DNA of 60,327 nucleotides from Gemmatimonadota bacterium (GTDB taxonomy: Bacteria; Gemmatimonadota; Gemmatimonadetes; Gemmatimonadales; GWC2-71-9). Position 1 is the first letter of the stretch. Each line of letters opens with the position of its first letter. The DNA lies in NCBI GenBank assembly GCA_025350665.1, contig JANXXJ010000044.1, forward strand, positions 1 to 60,327. The letters run 5' to 3'. Of the stretch, positions 39,723 through 50,002 are shown piece by piece. The position numbers were made by a program, and so were the translations under genes. The notes beneath the pieces were generated by a model. That model was not told the DNA's origin and searched no databases. It saw only the letters and a program-made list of their open reading frames with translations.

Positions 39723-40301
39723 ATGATCCCGCCCGAGCACCGGCCGCTCTGGACCCGGGCCCTGGCCTACCTCGGGGTCCGCCAGAACGCCGAGCACACC
39801 CGGTACAGCACCGGATTCGCCGAACGCCTGGTGGCGTGCTGTGGCGCCCGCGGCGACATCGTCCTGCCCGCGATCATTCTTCACGACACCGGCTGGAGTA
39901 CCGTCCCGGAGGACAAGATCCTCGCGTCGTTCGGTCCGCGCACCAGATACCCGGAACTCCGGCGCCAGCACGAGGTCGAAGGGGCACGGATCGCGAGGCG
40001 ACTGCTCACGGAGCTCGCCTACGGGCCTCCCGATATCGAGGTCATTGCCGCCATCATCGACGGGCACGACACCCGCGCTGAACCGATCTCTCTCGAGGAC
40101 GCGGTGGTCAAGGATGCCGACAAGCTCTGGCGTTACACCCGATTCGGGCTCGAGACTGTCAGAGCCTGGTTCGGTCATACGGTCGCCCAGCAGCTCGCCC
40201 TGCTCGAAGGCTGGGGCAAGACCAGGCTCGTTACCGATCCGGGCCGCCACATGGCGATGGGCCTCCTGACGGCGCTCCAGGCCGAGAACCGCAGCGACTG
40301 A
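39723..40301 (+). CDS. HD-domain protein
   Basis: H...ILHDTGW...QHEVEGA...GHD...VKDADKLWR. Confidence 0.85.
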   Translation: MIPPEHRPLWTRALAYLGVRQNAEHTRYSTGFAERLVACCGARGDIVLPAIILHDTGWSTVPEDKILASFGPRTRYPELRRQHEVEGARIARRLLTELAYGPPDIEVIAAIIDGHDTRAEPISLEDAVVKDADKLWRYTRFGLETVRAWFGHTVAQQLALLEGWGKTRLVTDPGRHMAMGLLTALQAENRSD

Positions 40302-41117
40302 ATGAATGCCGCCGAGAACGGCATCGTGCTGCCGAAAGGCTGGGCTGTGCGGACCCGGTTCGAGGAACTGGCCCGGTCCCAGCGGATCGTGTTCCTTGCC
40401 GGCCTTCCGGGCGTCGGGAAGAGTTTGCTGATCCAGCAGCTGGCGAGGATGGCCCATGGATGCGGGAGGAACGTATTCCTGCTGCAGTGGGACGTGGCGC
40501 GGGCCGCCTTTCAGACGCCCGAGATGCTGCTACGGTACCCCGAAATCGACGGCTTTACCCACGCGGCGCTCAAGAAGGCGGTCGGACTCTGGGCTCGGGA
40601 CGCCGTGGCGCGCTGGCACGAGACCAATGCCGATCCCGCGGCCCTGCTCATCGCCGAATCGCCGCTGATCGGGAACCGGTTGATCGAACTCGCCCAGCCC
40701 GCGGCCGACCGGGCCGAGCCGATTCTGGCGAGCGAGGCCACCCGATTTGTCGTGCCGGTGCCGACCCGGGAAGTCCGGGCCATGATCGAGGCCACCCGGG
40801 AGACTACCATCCAGTCGCCGCGACACCCGCGGGAGGTGTCGGACGCGCCGCCGAACGTGCTCCGGGCCTTGTGGCGTGAGGTCCTCCTCGAAGCCGTCCC
40901 AACCGAAACCCGCGCCGATCCGCCCTACGACCCGGCGGTATATGCCGGCGCATTCACCCTCTGGCTTGCGGGCCGGCACGCGGAGATAGTCTCGATCGAC
41001 CGAGTGCTCGCCCCGGGGACCTCGGCCTACCAACTCGACGTGCCGGCCGCGGACCTCGTGGCCAGCCAACCCGAAGTAGCCGACGTCATGCAGCGCATCG
41101 ACCGGATGTTCCAGTAA
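40302..41117 (+). CDS. Hypothetical P-loop NTPase/kinase-like protein
   Basis: Walker A LAGLPGVGKS; starts immediately after the HD gene stop. Confidence 0.65.
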   Translation: MNAAENGIVLPKGWAVRTRFEELARSQRIVFLAGLPGVGKSLLIQQLARMAHGCGRNVFLLQWDVARAAFQTPEMLLRYPEIDGFTHAALKKAVGLWARDAVARWHETNADPAALLIAESPLIGNRLIELAQPAADRAEPILASEATRFVVPVPTREVRAMIEATRETTIQSPRHPREVSDAPPNVLRALWREVLLEAVPTETRADPPYDPAVYAGAFTLWLAGRHAEIVSIDRVLAPGTSAYQLDVPAADLVASQPEVADVMQRIDRMFQ

Positions 41118-41134
41118 CTGAAGAGGACAGAGCT

Positions 41135-42661
41135 ATGGCCGCCGGATCCGCCTCATCGTCGATCACCCCGGATTTCATCGCGGCCGTGCGCGAGAGACTC
41201 GGGACGCAGGAGATCCCCCACTTCATCGGCGGGGAGTTCGTCCGCGGTGTTCGGGGCGAAACATTCGACACGCTCGACCCTTCGACCAACCGGCCGCTGG
41301 CCCGGGTCTCCCGCGGGTTTGCCGAAGACGTCAATCGCGCGGCCAACGCGGCGCACCAGGCCTTCGCCACCTGGCGGAGGCTGGCGCCCAAAGCCCGCCG
41401 CGCCCACCTGATCCGGATTGCGACCGTACTGGAAAAGCACGGCGACGAACTCGCCACGATCGAATGCCTCGACGCGGGCCAGGTGATCAACGTGGTCCGG
41501 GCCCAGATCGCCCGGGCCGCCGAAAATTTCACCTTCTACGCCGAATACGCCGAACGGGCCATGGACGGCCGGACCTATCCGGTCGGCCACGAGTGGCTGA
41601 ACTACACCGTTCGGGTACCGGTCGGGCCGTGCGGCATCATCACGCCGTGGAACTCGCCGCTGATGCTGGCGACCTGGCGGATCGCTCCGGCGCTGGCGAC
41701 CGGCAACACGGTGATCCTCAAGCCGGCCGAATGGTCGCCTCTCACCGCCTGGAAGCTCGCCCAGATCGTCCAGGAGGCGGACTTGCCGCCCGGCGTCTTC
41801 AACGTCGTCCAGGGCTTTGGCGAAGAAGCCGGTGCCCCGCTGGTGGCCCACCCCAAGGTGCCGCTCATCACGTTTACCGGTGAGACCACCACCGGCACCA
41901 TCGTCACCAAGAACGCGGCTGACCAGCTGAAACGCGTCTCCCTCGAGCTTGGCGGCAAGTCGCCGTCCGTCATCTTCGACGACGCGGACCTCGATCGGGC
42001 CCTCGACGGCACCGTGTTCCAGATCTTCAGCCTGAACGGCGAGCGCTGCACCGCGAACTCGCGGGTGCTGATCCAGGAATCGATCTTTGATGCGTTCGTG
42101 AGCCGGCTCGAAGCGAGGACCAGGGCCGTCACCGTCGGCCACCCGCTCGATCCGGATACCGAGGTGGGGCCGTTGATCCACACCGAGCATTGCGCCCGGG
42201 TCCTCGAGTACCTGGAGATCGGACGCCACGAAGGTGCCACGCTCGTGGCCGGTGGGCACCGGGTCGGCACCGAGGGAAACTACGTGTCGCCGACGCTGTT
42301 CACCGGCACCAACGCGATGCGGATCGCCCAGGAAGAGATCTTCGGCCCGGTCCTGGTGGCAATCCCGTTCACGGACGAAGCCGATGCCCTCGCCAAGGCG
42401 AACGACGTGAAGTACGGCCTCGCCGCCTATATCTGGACCCGCGACATCGCCCGGGCCCACCGCATGGCGCTCGGCATGGAGGCGGGCATGACGTGGCTCA
42501 ACAGCCACAACGTGCGCCACTTGCCGACGCCGTTCGGCGGTGTCAAGATGAGCGGCACCCACCGCGAAGGCGGCGAGTATGCGTTCGAGTTCTACACCGA
42601 AATGAAGAATGTCGCGGTGCCGCTCGGCAACCATCCGATCCCGCAGTTCGGAAAGAAGTAG
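41135..42661 (+). CDS. hpaE: 5-carboxymethyl-2-hydroxymuconate semialdehyde dehydrogenase
   Basis: ALDH motifs ITPWN, FTGETTTG, LELGGKSP, SLNGERCTA, EEIFGPV, and the HpaE-type tail HPIPQFG. Confidence 0.93.
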   Translation: MAAGSASSSITPDFIAAVRERLGTQEIPHFIGGEFVRGVRGETFDTLDPSTNRPLARVSRGFAEDVNRAANAAHQAFATWRRLAPKARRAHLIRIATVLEKHGDELATIECLDAGQVINVVRAQIARAAENFTFYAEYAERAMDGRTYPVGHEWLNYTVRVPVGPCGIITPWNSPLMLATWRIAPALATGNTVILKPAEWSPLTAWKLAQIVQEADLPPGVFNVVQGFGEEAGAPLVAHPKVPLITFTGETTTGTIVTKNAADQLKRVSLELGGKSPSVIFDDADLDRALDGTVFQIFSLNGERCTANSRVLIQESIFDAFVSRLEARTRAVTVGHPLDPDTEVGPLIHTEHCARVLEYLEIGRHEGATLVAGGHRVGTEGNYVSPTLFTGTNAMRIAQEEIFGPVLVAIPFTDEADALAKANDVKYGLAAYIWTRDIARAHRMALGMEAGMTWLNSHNVRHLPTPFGGVKMSGTHREGGEYAFEFYTEMKNVAVPLGNHPIPQFGKK

Positions 42662-42667
42662 GAGCCC

Positions 42668-43636
42668 ATGTCCGTCCCCGAGATCGTCCGCATTGGCCAC
42701 GTGGTGCTTACCGTGGCGGATCTGGCCCGGGCCCGCCATTTCTACGTGGATCTGCTGGGCATGAACGTCCTCCACGAGGGCAGCGGCGGGATCTATCTTC
42801 GCGGTGTCGAAGATCGCGAATGGTCGCTCAAGCTCGAACTTGGCGGCTCGCCCCGGGTGCGGCAGTTCGGTTTCAAGGTGGCAACCGATTCCACCCTCGA
42901 CGAGTTGGAGCGTCTGGCCGTGGACCTGGGTCTTCCGCATCGCCGTGAAACCGAGCGCGACCGGCCGGCGATGCTCAGGATCCAGGACCCGTTCGGCTTC
43001 CCGATGACCTACTACTATCAGTCGGTTCGCCACCCGTGGTTGCTCCAGCGATACGACCTCCATCGCGGCCCGGGCATCAGCCGGATCGACCACGTCAATC
43101 TGTTCTGCCCCACCGTGGCGGACATGGGCGCCTGGTACCAGCAGCGCCAGGGCTTCCGGCTGACCGAATACACGGAGGACAAGCATGGGGTGACCTGGGC
43201 CGTCTGGATGCATCGCAAGGGGAATGTCCACGACCTGGCCATCACCAACGGCACCGGGCCCCGGATGCACCATTTCGCCTACTGGCTGCCCGACGGCAAC
43301 CGGATCATGCAGCTGTGCGACATTCTGGCCGGCGCCCGCGCCGAGGCCCACATTGAGCGCGGGCCGGGCCGGCACGGCATTTCGAACGCCTTCTATCTCT
43401 ACCTCCGCGATCCCGACGGCCACCGGATCGAGCTGTACACCTCGGACTATCTCACCGTCGACCCGGATTTCGAGCCGATCCGCTGGGACCGGGACGACAT
43501 CCGCCGCCAGCAGCTGTGGGGTGGGCCGGCGCCGAAGTGCTGGTTTACCGAAGGCAGCATGGTCGAATCCGAAGACGGCGGTCTGGTCCCGACAACGGAG
43601 TCGGTCCTGACCGGCGTCCCGACCTACATCTCATGA
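42668..43636 (+). CDS. hpaD: 3,4-dihydroxyphenylacetate 2,3-dioxygenase (VOC/type I extradiol)
   Basis: IDHVN, HRKGNVHDLA, MHHFAY, IERGPGRHGISNAFYLYLRDPDGHRIELY. Confidence 0.93.
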   Translation: MSVPEIVRIGHVVLTVADLARARHFYVDLLGMNVLHEGSGGIYLRGVEDREWSLKLELGGSPRVRQFGFKVATDSTLDELERLAVDLGLPHRRETERDRPAMLRIQDPFGFPMTYYYQSVRHPWLLQRYDLHRGPGISRIDHVNLFCPTVADMGAWYQQRQGFRLTEYTEDKHGVTWAVWMHRKGNVHDLAITNGTGPRMHHFAYWLPDGNRIMQLCDILAGARAEAHIERGPGRHGISNAFYLYLRDPDGHRIELYTSDYLTVDPDFEPIRWDRDDIRRQQLWGGPAPKCWFTEGSMVESEDGGLVPTTESVLTGVPTYIS

Positions 43637-44322
43637 CCCGGATGTTCGTGCCCGACCCCCGCGGTCCGATTCCGGCCACCCGGGCCGTCTACGCCGCGGC
43701 GCTCAACCGACAGGCCACGCTCGCGGCGTTAGGCGACGCGCTCAGCCGCGACCCCTACCGCGAGCCGCCGCGGGCGCCGATCCTCCACCTCAAGCCGGCC
43801 AATACCTGGATCGGCCCGGGCGACCCCATCCCCTGCCCTCGGGACGTGCCCGCGCTCCGGATGGGCGGCACGCTCGGGCTCGTCATCGGCCGGACCGCGA
43901 GCCGGGTGGCGCCGGCCGAGGCACTGGACCACGTCGGGGGCTGGCTGATCGCCAACGACGTGAGTGTGCCGTACGAGTCCCACTACCGCCCGGCGATCAA
44001 GCAGCGTTGCCGGGATGGCTTCTGTCCGATCGGCCCGGCGGCGCCGGCGGCCGCTCTCGCCGAACCGGACCGGTGCGAAGTGGTGATCGAGATCGACGGC
44101 CGGATCCGGGGCCGGGCCGACGGAAGTGGGCTGGTCCGCGGCGCGGCCCGCCTCCTGTCCGACATCTCCGCGTTCATCACGTTTGAACCGGGCGACGTCC
44201 TGCTGATTGGCGAACCGCACGACAGCCCACTCGCCGAGCCGGGGGCGACCGTCCGGATCCTGATCGACGGAATCGGGTCGGTCACCAACCCGGTCCGCTG
44301 GGAACCTGCGGGGACCCCATGA
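43633..44322 (+). CDS. hpaG: HpaG isomerase/decarboxylase N-terminal subunit (FAH family)
   Basis: VYAAALN, PYREPPRAPILHLKPANT, ANDVS, YRPAIKQRCRDGFCPIG. Confidence 0.85.
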   Translation: MTRMFVPDPRGPIPATRAVYAAALNRQATLAALGDALSRDPYREPPRAPILHLKPANTWIGPGDPIPCPRDVPALRMGGTLGLVIGRTASRVAPAEALDHVGGWLIANDVSVPYESHYRPAIKQRCRDGFCPIGPAAPAAALAEPDRCEVVIEIDGRIRGRADGSGLVRGAARLLSDISAFITFEPGDVLLIGEPHDSPLAEPGATVRILIDGIGSVTNPVRWEPAGTP

Positions 44323-45065
44323 AGCGAGCCCGTGTCCTGGTCGATGGAGTCGAGTTCGCCGCCACGGAGGCGCCCGAGGGCTTGCGGCTGCCCGACGGGC
44401 GGTTCGTGCGCGACGAACAGGTCATCTGGTGTCCGCCCGTCACGCCCCGCACGACATTCGCGGTCGGCCTCAACTACGCCGACCACGCCCGGGAGCTGGC
44501 TTTCAAGCCGCCGACCGAACCGCTCGTGTTTCTCAAGGGTCCGAACACGTTCACCGGCCACCGGGGCCTGGTCACCCGCCCCGACGACGTGACCTTCATG
44601 CACTACGAGTGCGAGCTCGCCGTGGTGATCGGACGCACCGCCCGCCGGGTCCGGCAGGCCGAAGCCCTCGACCATGTCGCGGGCTACACGGTCGCCAACG
44701 ACTACGCCTTTCGTGACTACCTCGAGAATTACTATCGACCCAATCTCCGGGTGAAGAGCCGGGACCGGGCCACACCGCTCGGTCCCTGGCTGGTCGACGC
44801 CGCCGACGTGCCGGACCCGATGAACCTGGCGCTCCGTACGACGGTGAACGGCAAGGAGACCCTGAGTGGATCGACCCGGGACATGATTTTCGGCATCCCC
44901 TGGCTGATCGAATACCTGAGCGGCTTCATGACCCTCTCGCCGGGTGACCTGATTCTCACCGGCACACCGGAAGGCCTCGCCAATGTGATGCCCGGCGACG
45001 TCGTCATCACCGAGGTCGAGCAGGTCGGCCGGCTATCGAGCACCATCGTCGCGGAGACCCTCTGA
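44319..45065 (+). CDS. hpaG: HpaG isomerase/decarboxylase C-terminal subunit (FAH family)
   Basis: GLNYADH, PLVFLKGP, MHYECELAVVIG, DYLENYYRPNLRVKSRD, LTGTPEG. Confidence 0.9.
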   Translation: MKRARVLVDGVEFAATEAPEGLRLPDGRFVRDEQVIWCPPVTPRTTFAVGLNYADHARELAFKPPTEPLVFLKGPNTFTGHRGLVTRPDDVTFMHYECELAVVIGRTARRVRQAEALDHVAGYTVANDYAFRDYLENYYRPNLRVKSRDRATPLGPWLVDAADVPDPMNLALRTTVNGKETLSGSTRDMIFGIPWLIEYLSGFMTLSPGDLILTGTPEGLANVMPGDVVITEVEQVGRLSSTIVAETL

Positions 45066-45454
45066 TGCCCCATTTCGTGGTGGAGTACACGGACAATCTT
45101 GGCGCCGAAGCCCGGATCGGCGAACTGCTGACTCGCGTGAACCGGATTCTGCTGGCCCAGAATGGCGTGTTTCCGGCCGGCGGCATCCGGTCGCGGGCCG
45201 TCCGCCTCAGCGAGTACGCTGTTGCCGACGGGGCCGAGGACGACGCCTTCGTGCACGGCGTCCTTACGATCGGGAGCGGGCGTTCGGCAGAGGTGAAGCA
45301 GCGAGTGGGGGATCAGATCTTCGAGGCCATCAAGGACCACTTCGCCGGTCTCTACGCCCGCCGCAATCTCGCCCTCTCGTTTGAACTCGGCGAATTCAGC
45401 GAACAGGGTACCTGGAAGCACAACAACATCCACGCCCGGTTCAGGAAGGCCTGA
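45065..45454 (+). CDS. hpaF: 5-carboxymethyl-2-hydroxymuconate delta-isomerase
   Basis: N-terminal MPHFVVEYTDNL (catalytic Pro), GGIRSRA, KHNNIH. Confidence 0.92.
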   Translation: MPHFVVEYTDNLGAEARIGELLTRVNRILLAQNGVFPAGGIRSRAVRLSEYAVADGAEDDAFVHGVLTIGSGRSAEVKQRVGDQIFEAIKDHFAGLYARRNLALSFELGEFSEQGTWKHNNIHARFRKA

Positions 45455-45460
45455 GATTCC

Positions 45461-46261
45461 ATGGACAAGCGTTTGTTTCCCGACCTCGCGCGCCGCCTCG
45501 ACCAGTCGGAAAGGACCCGGCAGCAGATCCGCCAACTGTCCCTCGACTATCCGGACATCACGATCGAGGATGCCTACGCCATCCAGAATGCATGGGTCGG
45601 AATGAAACTCGCTGCCGGGCGGCGGGTCGTAGGCCACAAAATCGGGCTCACGTCCAAGGCGATGCAGTACGCCTCGAATATCTCCGAACCCGACTACGGC
45701 ACGCTGCTGGACGACATGGTATTCCAGAACGGATCGACTCTGCCGATGGACCGGTTCATCGTCCCCCGGGTGGAGGTCGAGCTGGCCTTCATTCTCGGCC
45801 GGTCGTTGTCGGGGCCGAACTGCACCCTGGTCGATGTACTCTCCGCCACGGATTACGTCGTGCCTGCCGTTGAGATCATCGATGCCCGGATCCAGCAGGT
45901 GGACCCGGACACGAAGACCACGCGGAAAGTGATGGACACGATCTCCGACAACGCCGCCAACGCCGGAATCGTCCTGGGCGGCCGTCCCTTCAAGCCGAAC
46001 GAGGGCGACATGCGATGGATCGCCGCCCTGTGCCACCGGAACGGGGAGATCGAAGTGTCGGGAGTCGCCGCCGCGGTGCTCAATCACCCGGCCAACGGCG
46101 TCGCGTGGCTGGCCAACAAGCTGGCCCCGCATGGCGTGGCGCTCGAACCGGGCGAGATCGTACTCGGCGGCTCGTTCGTAAGCCCGGTGCCGGCCCGCCG
46201 GGGCGACACATTCCATGTCGATTTCGGCCCCCACGGGTCGATCGCGTTCAATTTCGGCTGA
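45461..46261 (+). CDS. hpaH: 2-oxo-hepta-3-ene-1,7-dioate hydratase
   Basis: [48 protein letters not shown]. Confidence 0.93.
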   Translation: MDKRLFPDLARRLDQSERTRQQIRQLSLDYPDITIEDAYAIQNAWVGMKLAAGRRVVGHKIGLTSKAMQYASNISEPDYGTLLDDMVFQNGSTLPMDRFIVPRVEVELAFILGRSLSGPNCTLVDVLSATDYVVPAVEIIDARIQQVDPDTKTTRKVMDTISDNAANAGIVLGGRPFKPNEGDMRWIAALCHRNGEIEVSGVAAAVLNHPANGVAWLANKLAPHGVALEPGEIVLGGSFVSPVPARRGDTFHVDFGPHGSIAFNFG

Positions 46262-46274
46262 TCGAGGCGCCGTC

Positions 46275-46857
46275 ATGAATTTTCCCCTCGTCGACACCAC
46301 CGCCGCCGTCACGCAGATCGATTCTGGCAGCACCGCCTGGATGCTGGCGAGCGCGGCGTTCGTCCTCCTGATGGTGCCGGGCCTCGCGATGGCAACATGG
46401 AAAACCGACCAGCCTCGGCATGGCCTCGGGTGTCGTCGCGGGGCTGGTGGGTATTACCCCGGCCGCCGGCCATGTCCAGCCGCTCTGGGCCATGTTGATC
46501 GGAGCCATGACGTCTGCCGCCTGTTATACGGCCGTGCAGCTCAAGGCGCGGGGTGGCTATGACGACGCGCTCGACGCCTTCGGGGTTCACGGGGTGGGTG
46601 GTCTGGTGGGGGCGCTGGCCACCGGCGTCTTCTGTTTCACCCCGGTCGCCGGCCTGCTACGCGGCGGCGGTCTCACCCAGCTTGGCAAACAGGCCCTGGG
46701 CGCGGGCGCCGCGATCGCCTTCGCGATGCTCGGCACCCTGATCATCGGAACCGTACTCAAGGCCACGATGGGTCTCCGCGTCACCGAGGCGCAGGAGCGG
46801 GAGGGCCTCGACCTGAGCCTCCACGGCGAACGCGGCTACCACTCGGAACTGATCTGA
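46275..46857 (+). pseudogene. amtB: Ammonium transporter with large internal deletion and frameshift
   Basis: N-terminus IDSGSTAWMLASAAFVLLMVPGLA is joined out of frame at about 46389 to the C-terminal part GKPTSLGMASGVVAGLVGITPAAG...YDDALDAFGVHG...GLDLSLHGE. Confidence 0.9.
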
Positions 46858-46885
46858 CCCGGACCTTGAGTCCGATGGGAGCAAC

Positions 46886-47244
<359 letters not shown>

Positions 47245-47253
47245 CCGGGCGAC

Positions 47254-50001
47254 CTACTCCGCCTTGAGCGCCGCGACCGGACTGATCCGCCCGGCCCGCC
47301 GGGCCGGTACCCAGGCCGCCGCGGCCGCCACACCGACCAGCAACACCGGCACCAGCAACAGCGTGAGTGGATCATACCCGCGAATCCCGAACAACAGGCT
47401 CTCGAGGAGCCGGCCCACCACAACGGCCGCCACCACGCCGACCGCCGCGCCGGCCAGCACCAACCTGAGCCCGCCCCACATCAGCAACCGCACCACCGAA
47501 TCCGGCCCCGCCCCGAGCGAGAGTCGGATGCCTACCTCGCGGCTTCGCTGCGCCACGGCGTAGCTCACCGCGCCATAGAGACCGATGCAGGCCATCACCA
47601 TTGCCAGCACGGCGAACGCCATCAGAGCGGTGGCCCCCATCTTGAGCGGATAGGCCTGGGCGCCGATGAAGCTCTGCAGAGTCCCGCTCTGCATCACGAA
47701 CGTGTCGGGATCGAACGCGATGACCGCGCGGCGCATCTCGGCCGCCACCCGCTCCGCATCTCCCGTCGTCCGAGCGACGAAGAAGTCCGGCTGCTGAGAC
47801 AATTGGGCCGGTTCGTAGATGAACGGACGCGGCTCCTCTCCGAGGCTCCGGATCTTGGCGGTCTTGACGATCCCGACGATCTCGATTTCGCGGGCACCGT
47901 TCCGATACCGCTGGCCGAGGGCGCTGCGGCCCGGGAAGAACTTCGCCGCGAACGCCTCGTTGACGATCACGGCCTGGGCCGAGTCGCTGTCCCGGAGGGT
48001 AAAGTTGCGGCCGGCCACCAGGGTGAGCCCGGCGGCAGCGATAAAGCCGGTGTCAATCGCGGCCTGATCCACCTGGTGGGACGTTCGACCCTGCGGCGGT
48101 TCAATCCCGGGAACGGTGATCTCCGAACCCTGGGTTCCCAGTGTGTTGAGATGGAGGTTGCTGATCCGGCCAACCGCGTCAACGCCGGGGATTTCGGCCA
48201 AGCGCCGGATCAGCCGGTCGACCACCCGGCCGCCAGTGGCGGAATCCCGTGGCGGGTTGGCCCACAAGAAAGCCGCCGGCTTCGCCCCGAACCCGGGATC
48301 GATGTTGCGGGCCGCGTTCAGGCTCCGAACGAAGAGACCGGCCAGTACGAGCAGCACCATCGAAACGGCCACCTGGCCGCCGACCAGCAGGTGGCGGAGC
48401 GCCCAGCGCTGACGGCCGCCACCGGTGGTCTCATCGCGGATCACCGAGGCCAGGTCCATCCGGGTGGACTGCAGGGCCGGCACGAGCCCGAAGAGGACTC
48501 CGGCGCCGACCGAGACCGCCATTGAGAATCCGAGCACCCGCCAGTCGAGCGACAGGGCCAGGTCGAGCGTCACCGGCAGCGGAATGTTGCTGCCGAGCAC
48601 GACCTTCAAGGCGAGCCGCCCGAGCACCACGCCGAGGGCTCCACCCGCAAGCGCCAGGATGACCGTCTCCACCAGCAACTGCGAAATCAGCTGACCTCGC
48701 GTGGCGCCGAGCGCCAAACGGACAGCGATCTCCTTCCGTCGATCCACGGCTCTGGCGAGCAGGAAACCGGCCAGGTTGGCGCACGCGATCACCAGCACCA
48801 ACCCCACCACGAGCATCAGCATCCCGGCCACCGGCACCAGGACTTCATCGATAGGCGGGTAAATGATGATGTCGGACTTCGGGATGACGGTCACCGCAAC
48901 GTCCTGCTGCCAGCCGCTCAGATGCTGCGACTTGAGGTCCTGGGCCACTCGGTTGATTTCGACCTGCGCCTGCTGGAACGAGACGCCGGGCTTGAGACGA
49001 ACCGTGAGAAAGGTCCCGCTGGTGCCGCGATCGAGCAGCTGATGGCTGCCTGGCTCGAGGCGGTCGATCATCATCACCGGGAGGAAGATGTCGGTTGGCA
49101 CCGCATGAAGGCGCCCGGGATAATCCGCGGCCAGCACCCCAAGGACCACGTAGCTCGACCCGTTGAACCGGACCGGACGGCCCAGGATCGCCGGGTCGGC
49201 CCCGAAGTACTTCCGCCACGCCCGTTCGCTCAGCACCACCACGGCGCCCTGCCCCGGCGCCGGCGCATCGGACGGCTGGATCAGCCGCCCGAGAATGGGC
49301 CGGAGGGCCAGGGTCTCGAAATAGTCCGCCGACACGAGCTCAGTCGTGAGCTTGACCGTCCGGCCGCTCACGTCGTAGGAGACGAACGACATCTTGGTGC
49401 TCGCGATGCCCGCGATCGAGCCGGCGAGCCGCCGGAAGTCGGCGACATCGGGCTCCGACATCACGTTGTACCGGAAGCTCCCGTCGGACCGATAGAGCTC
49501 GATCAGCTGCTCCGGGCTCCGGAGCGGGGGTTTCCGCAGAATGATGTCGTTGACCAGCGTGAACATCGCACTGTTGGCGCCGATGCCTAACGCCAGCGAC
49601 AGCACCGCGGTGACGGTGAACGCCGGCCTGGCCATCAGGCGCCGGACCGCGTACCGGGCGTCCCGGCCGAGCCTCGCCAGTCGGGAATCCCGCTCCCCGG
49701 TCCCGCCCATCGTCTCGGGCGTCACCACTCGCTTGGCCTCGCGAATCAGATCGGCCGTGCGACGCCCGTCGCCGAAGGCCTCGAGCAACTGCTCCGGCGT
49801 CCGCCCCGCCGCGAGGCCATCCTCGAAGTGAGCCACCATCTCACGGAACACCTCTTCGCGCCTTTCCTCGGCCAGGCCGGTCGCGGTCACCACTTCGGCA
49901 ATCCGCGCCGCGACGATTTGCGGCAGGCCGGCCTTCCGGCCCAGCTGCTCCACCTGGATTCGGTCCATCCGGCCGCTGAAATTCTCCTGGCGATTGGTCA
50001 T
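47254..50001 (-). CDS. MacB/FtsX-type duplicated orphan ABC permease (ADOP-like) with N-terminal extension
   Basis: LALGIGANSAMF, LVIACANLA, RRKEIAVRLALGA, REVGIRLSLGA, PARRA; no ATPase gene adjacent. Confidence 0.9.
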   Translation of the reverse strand: MTNRQENFSGRMDRIQVEQLGRKAGLPQIVAARIAEVVTATGLAEERREEVFREMVAHFEDGLAAGRTPEQLLEAFGDGRRTADLIREAKRVVTPETMGGTGERDSRLARLGRDARYAVRRLMARPAFTVTAVLSLALGIGANSAMFTLVNDIILRKPPLRSPEQLIELYRSDGSFRYNVMSEPDVADFRRLAGSIAGIASTKMSFVSYDVSGRTVKLTTELVSADYFETLALRPILGRLIQPSDAPAPGQGAVVVLSERAWRKYFGADPAILGRPVRFNGSSYVVLGVLAADYPGRLHAVPTDIFLPVMMIDRLEPGSHQLLDRGTSGTFLTVRLKPGVSFQQAQVEINRVAQDLKSQHLSGWQQDVAVTVIPKSDIIIYPPIDEVLVPVAGMLMLVVGLVLVIACANLAGFLLARAVDRRKEIAVRLALGATRGQLISQLLVETVILALAGGALGVVLGRLALKVVLGSNIPLPVTLDLALSLDWRVLGFSMAVSVGAGVLFGLVPALQSTRMDLASVIRDETTGGGRQRWALRHLLVGGQVAVSMVLLVLAGLFVRSLNAARNIDPGFGAKPAAFLWANPPRDSATGGRVVDRLIRRLAEIPGVDAVGRISNLHLNTLGTQGSEITVPGIEPPQGRTSHQVDQAAIDTGFIAAAGLTLVAGRNFTLRDSDSAQAVIVNEAFAAKFFPGRSALGQRYRNGAREIEIVGIVKTAKIRSLGEEPRPFIYEPAQLSQQPDFFVARTTGDAERVAAEMRRAVIAFDPDTFVMQSGTLQSFIGAQAYPLKMGATALMAFAVLAMVMACIGLYGAVSYAVAQRSREVGIRLSLGAGPDSVVRLLMWGGLRLVLAGAAVGVVAAVVVGRLLESLLFGIRGYDPLTLLLVPVLLVGVAAAAAWVPARRAGRISPVAALKAE

Positions 50002-50002
50002 C

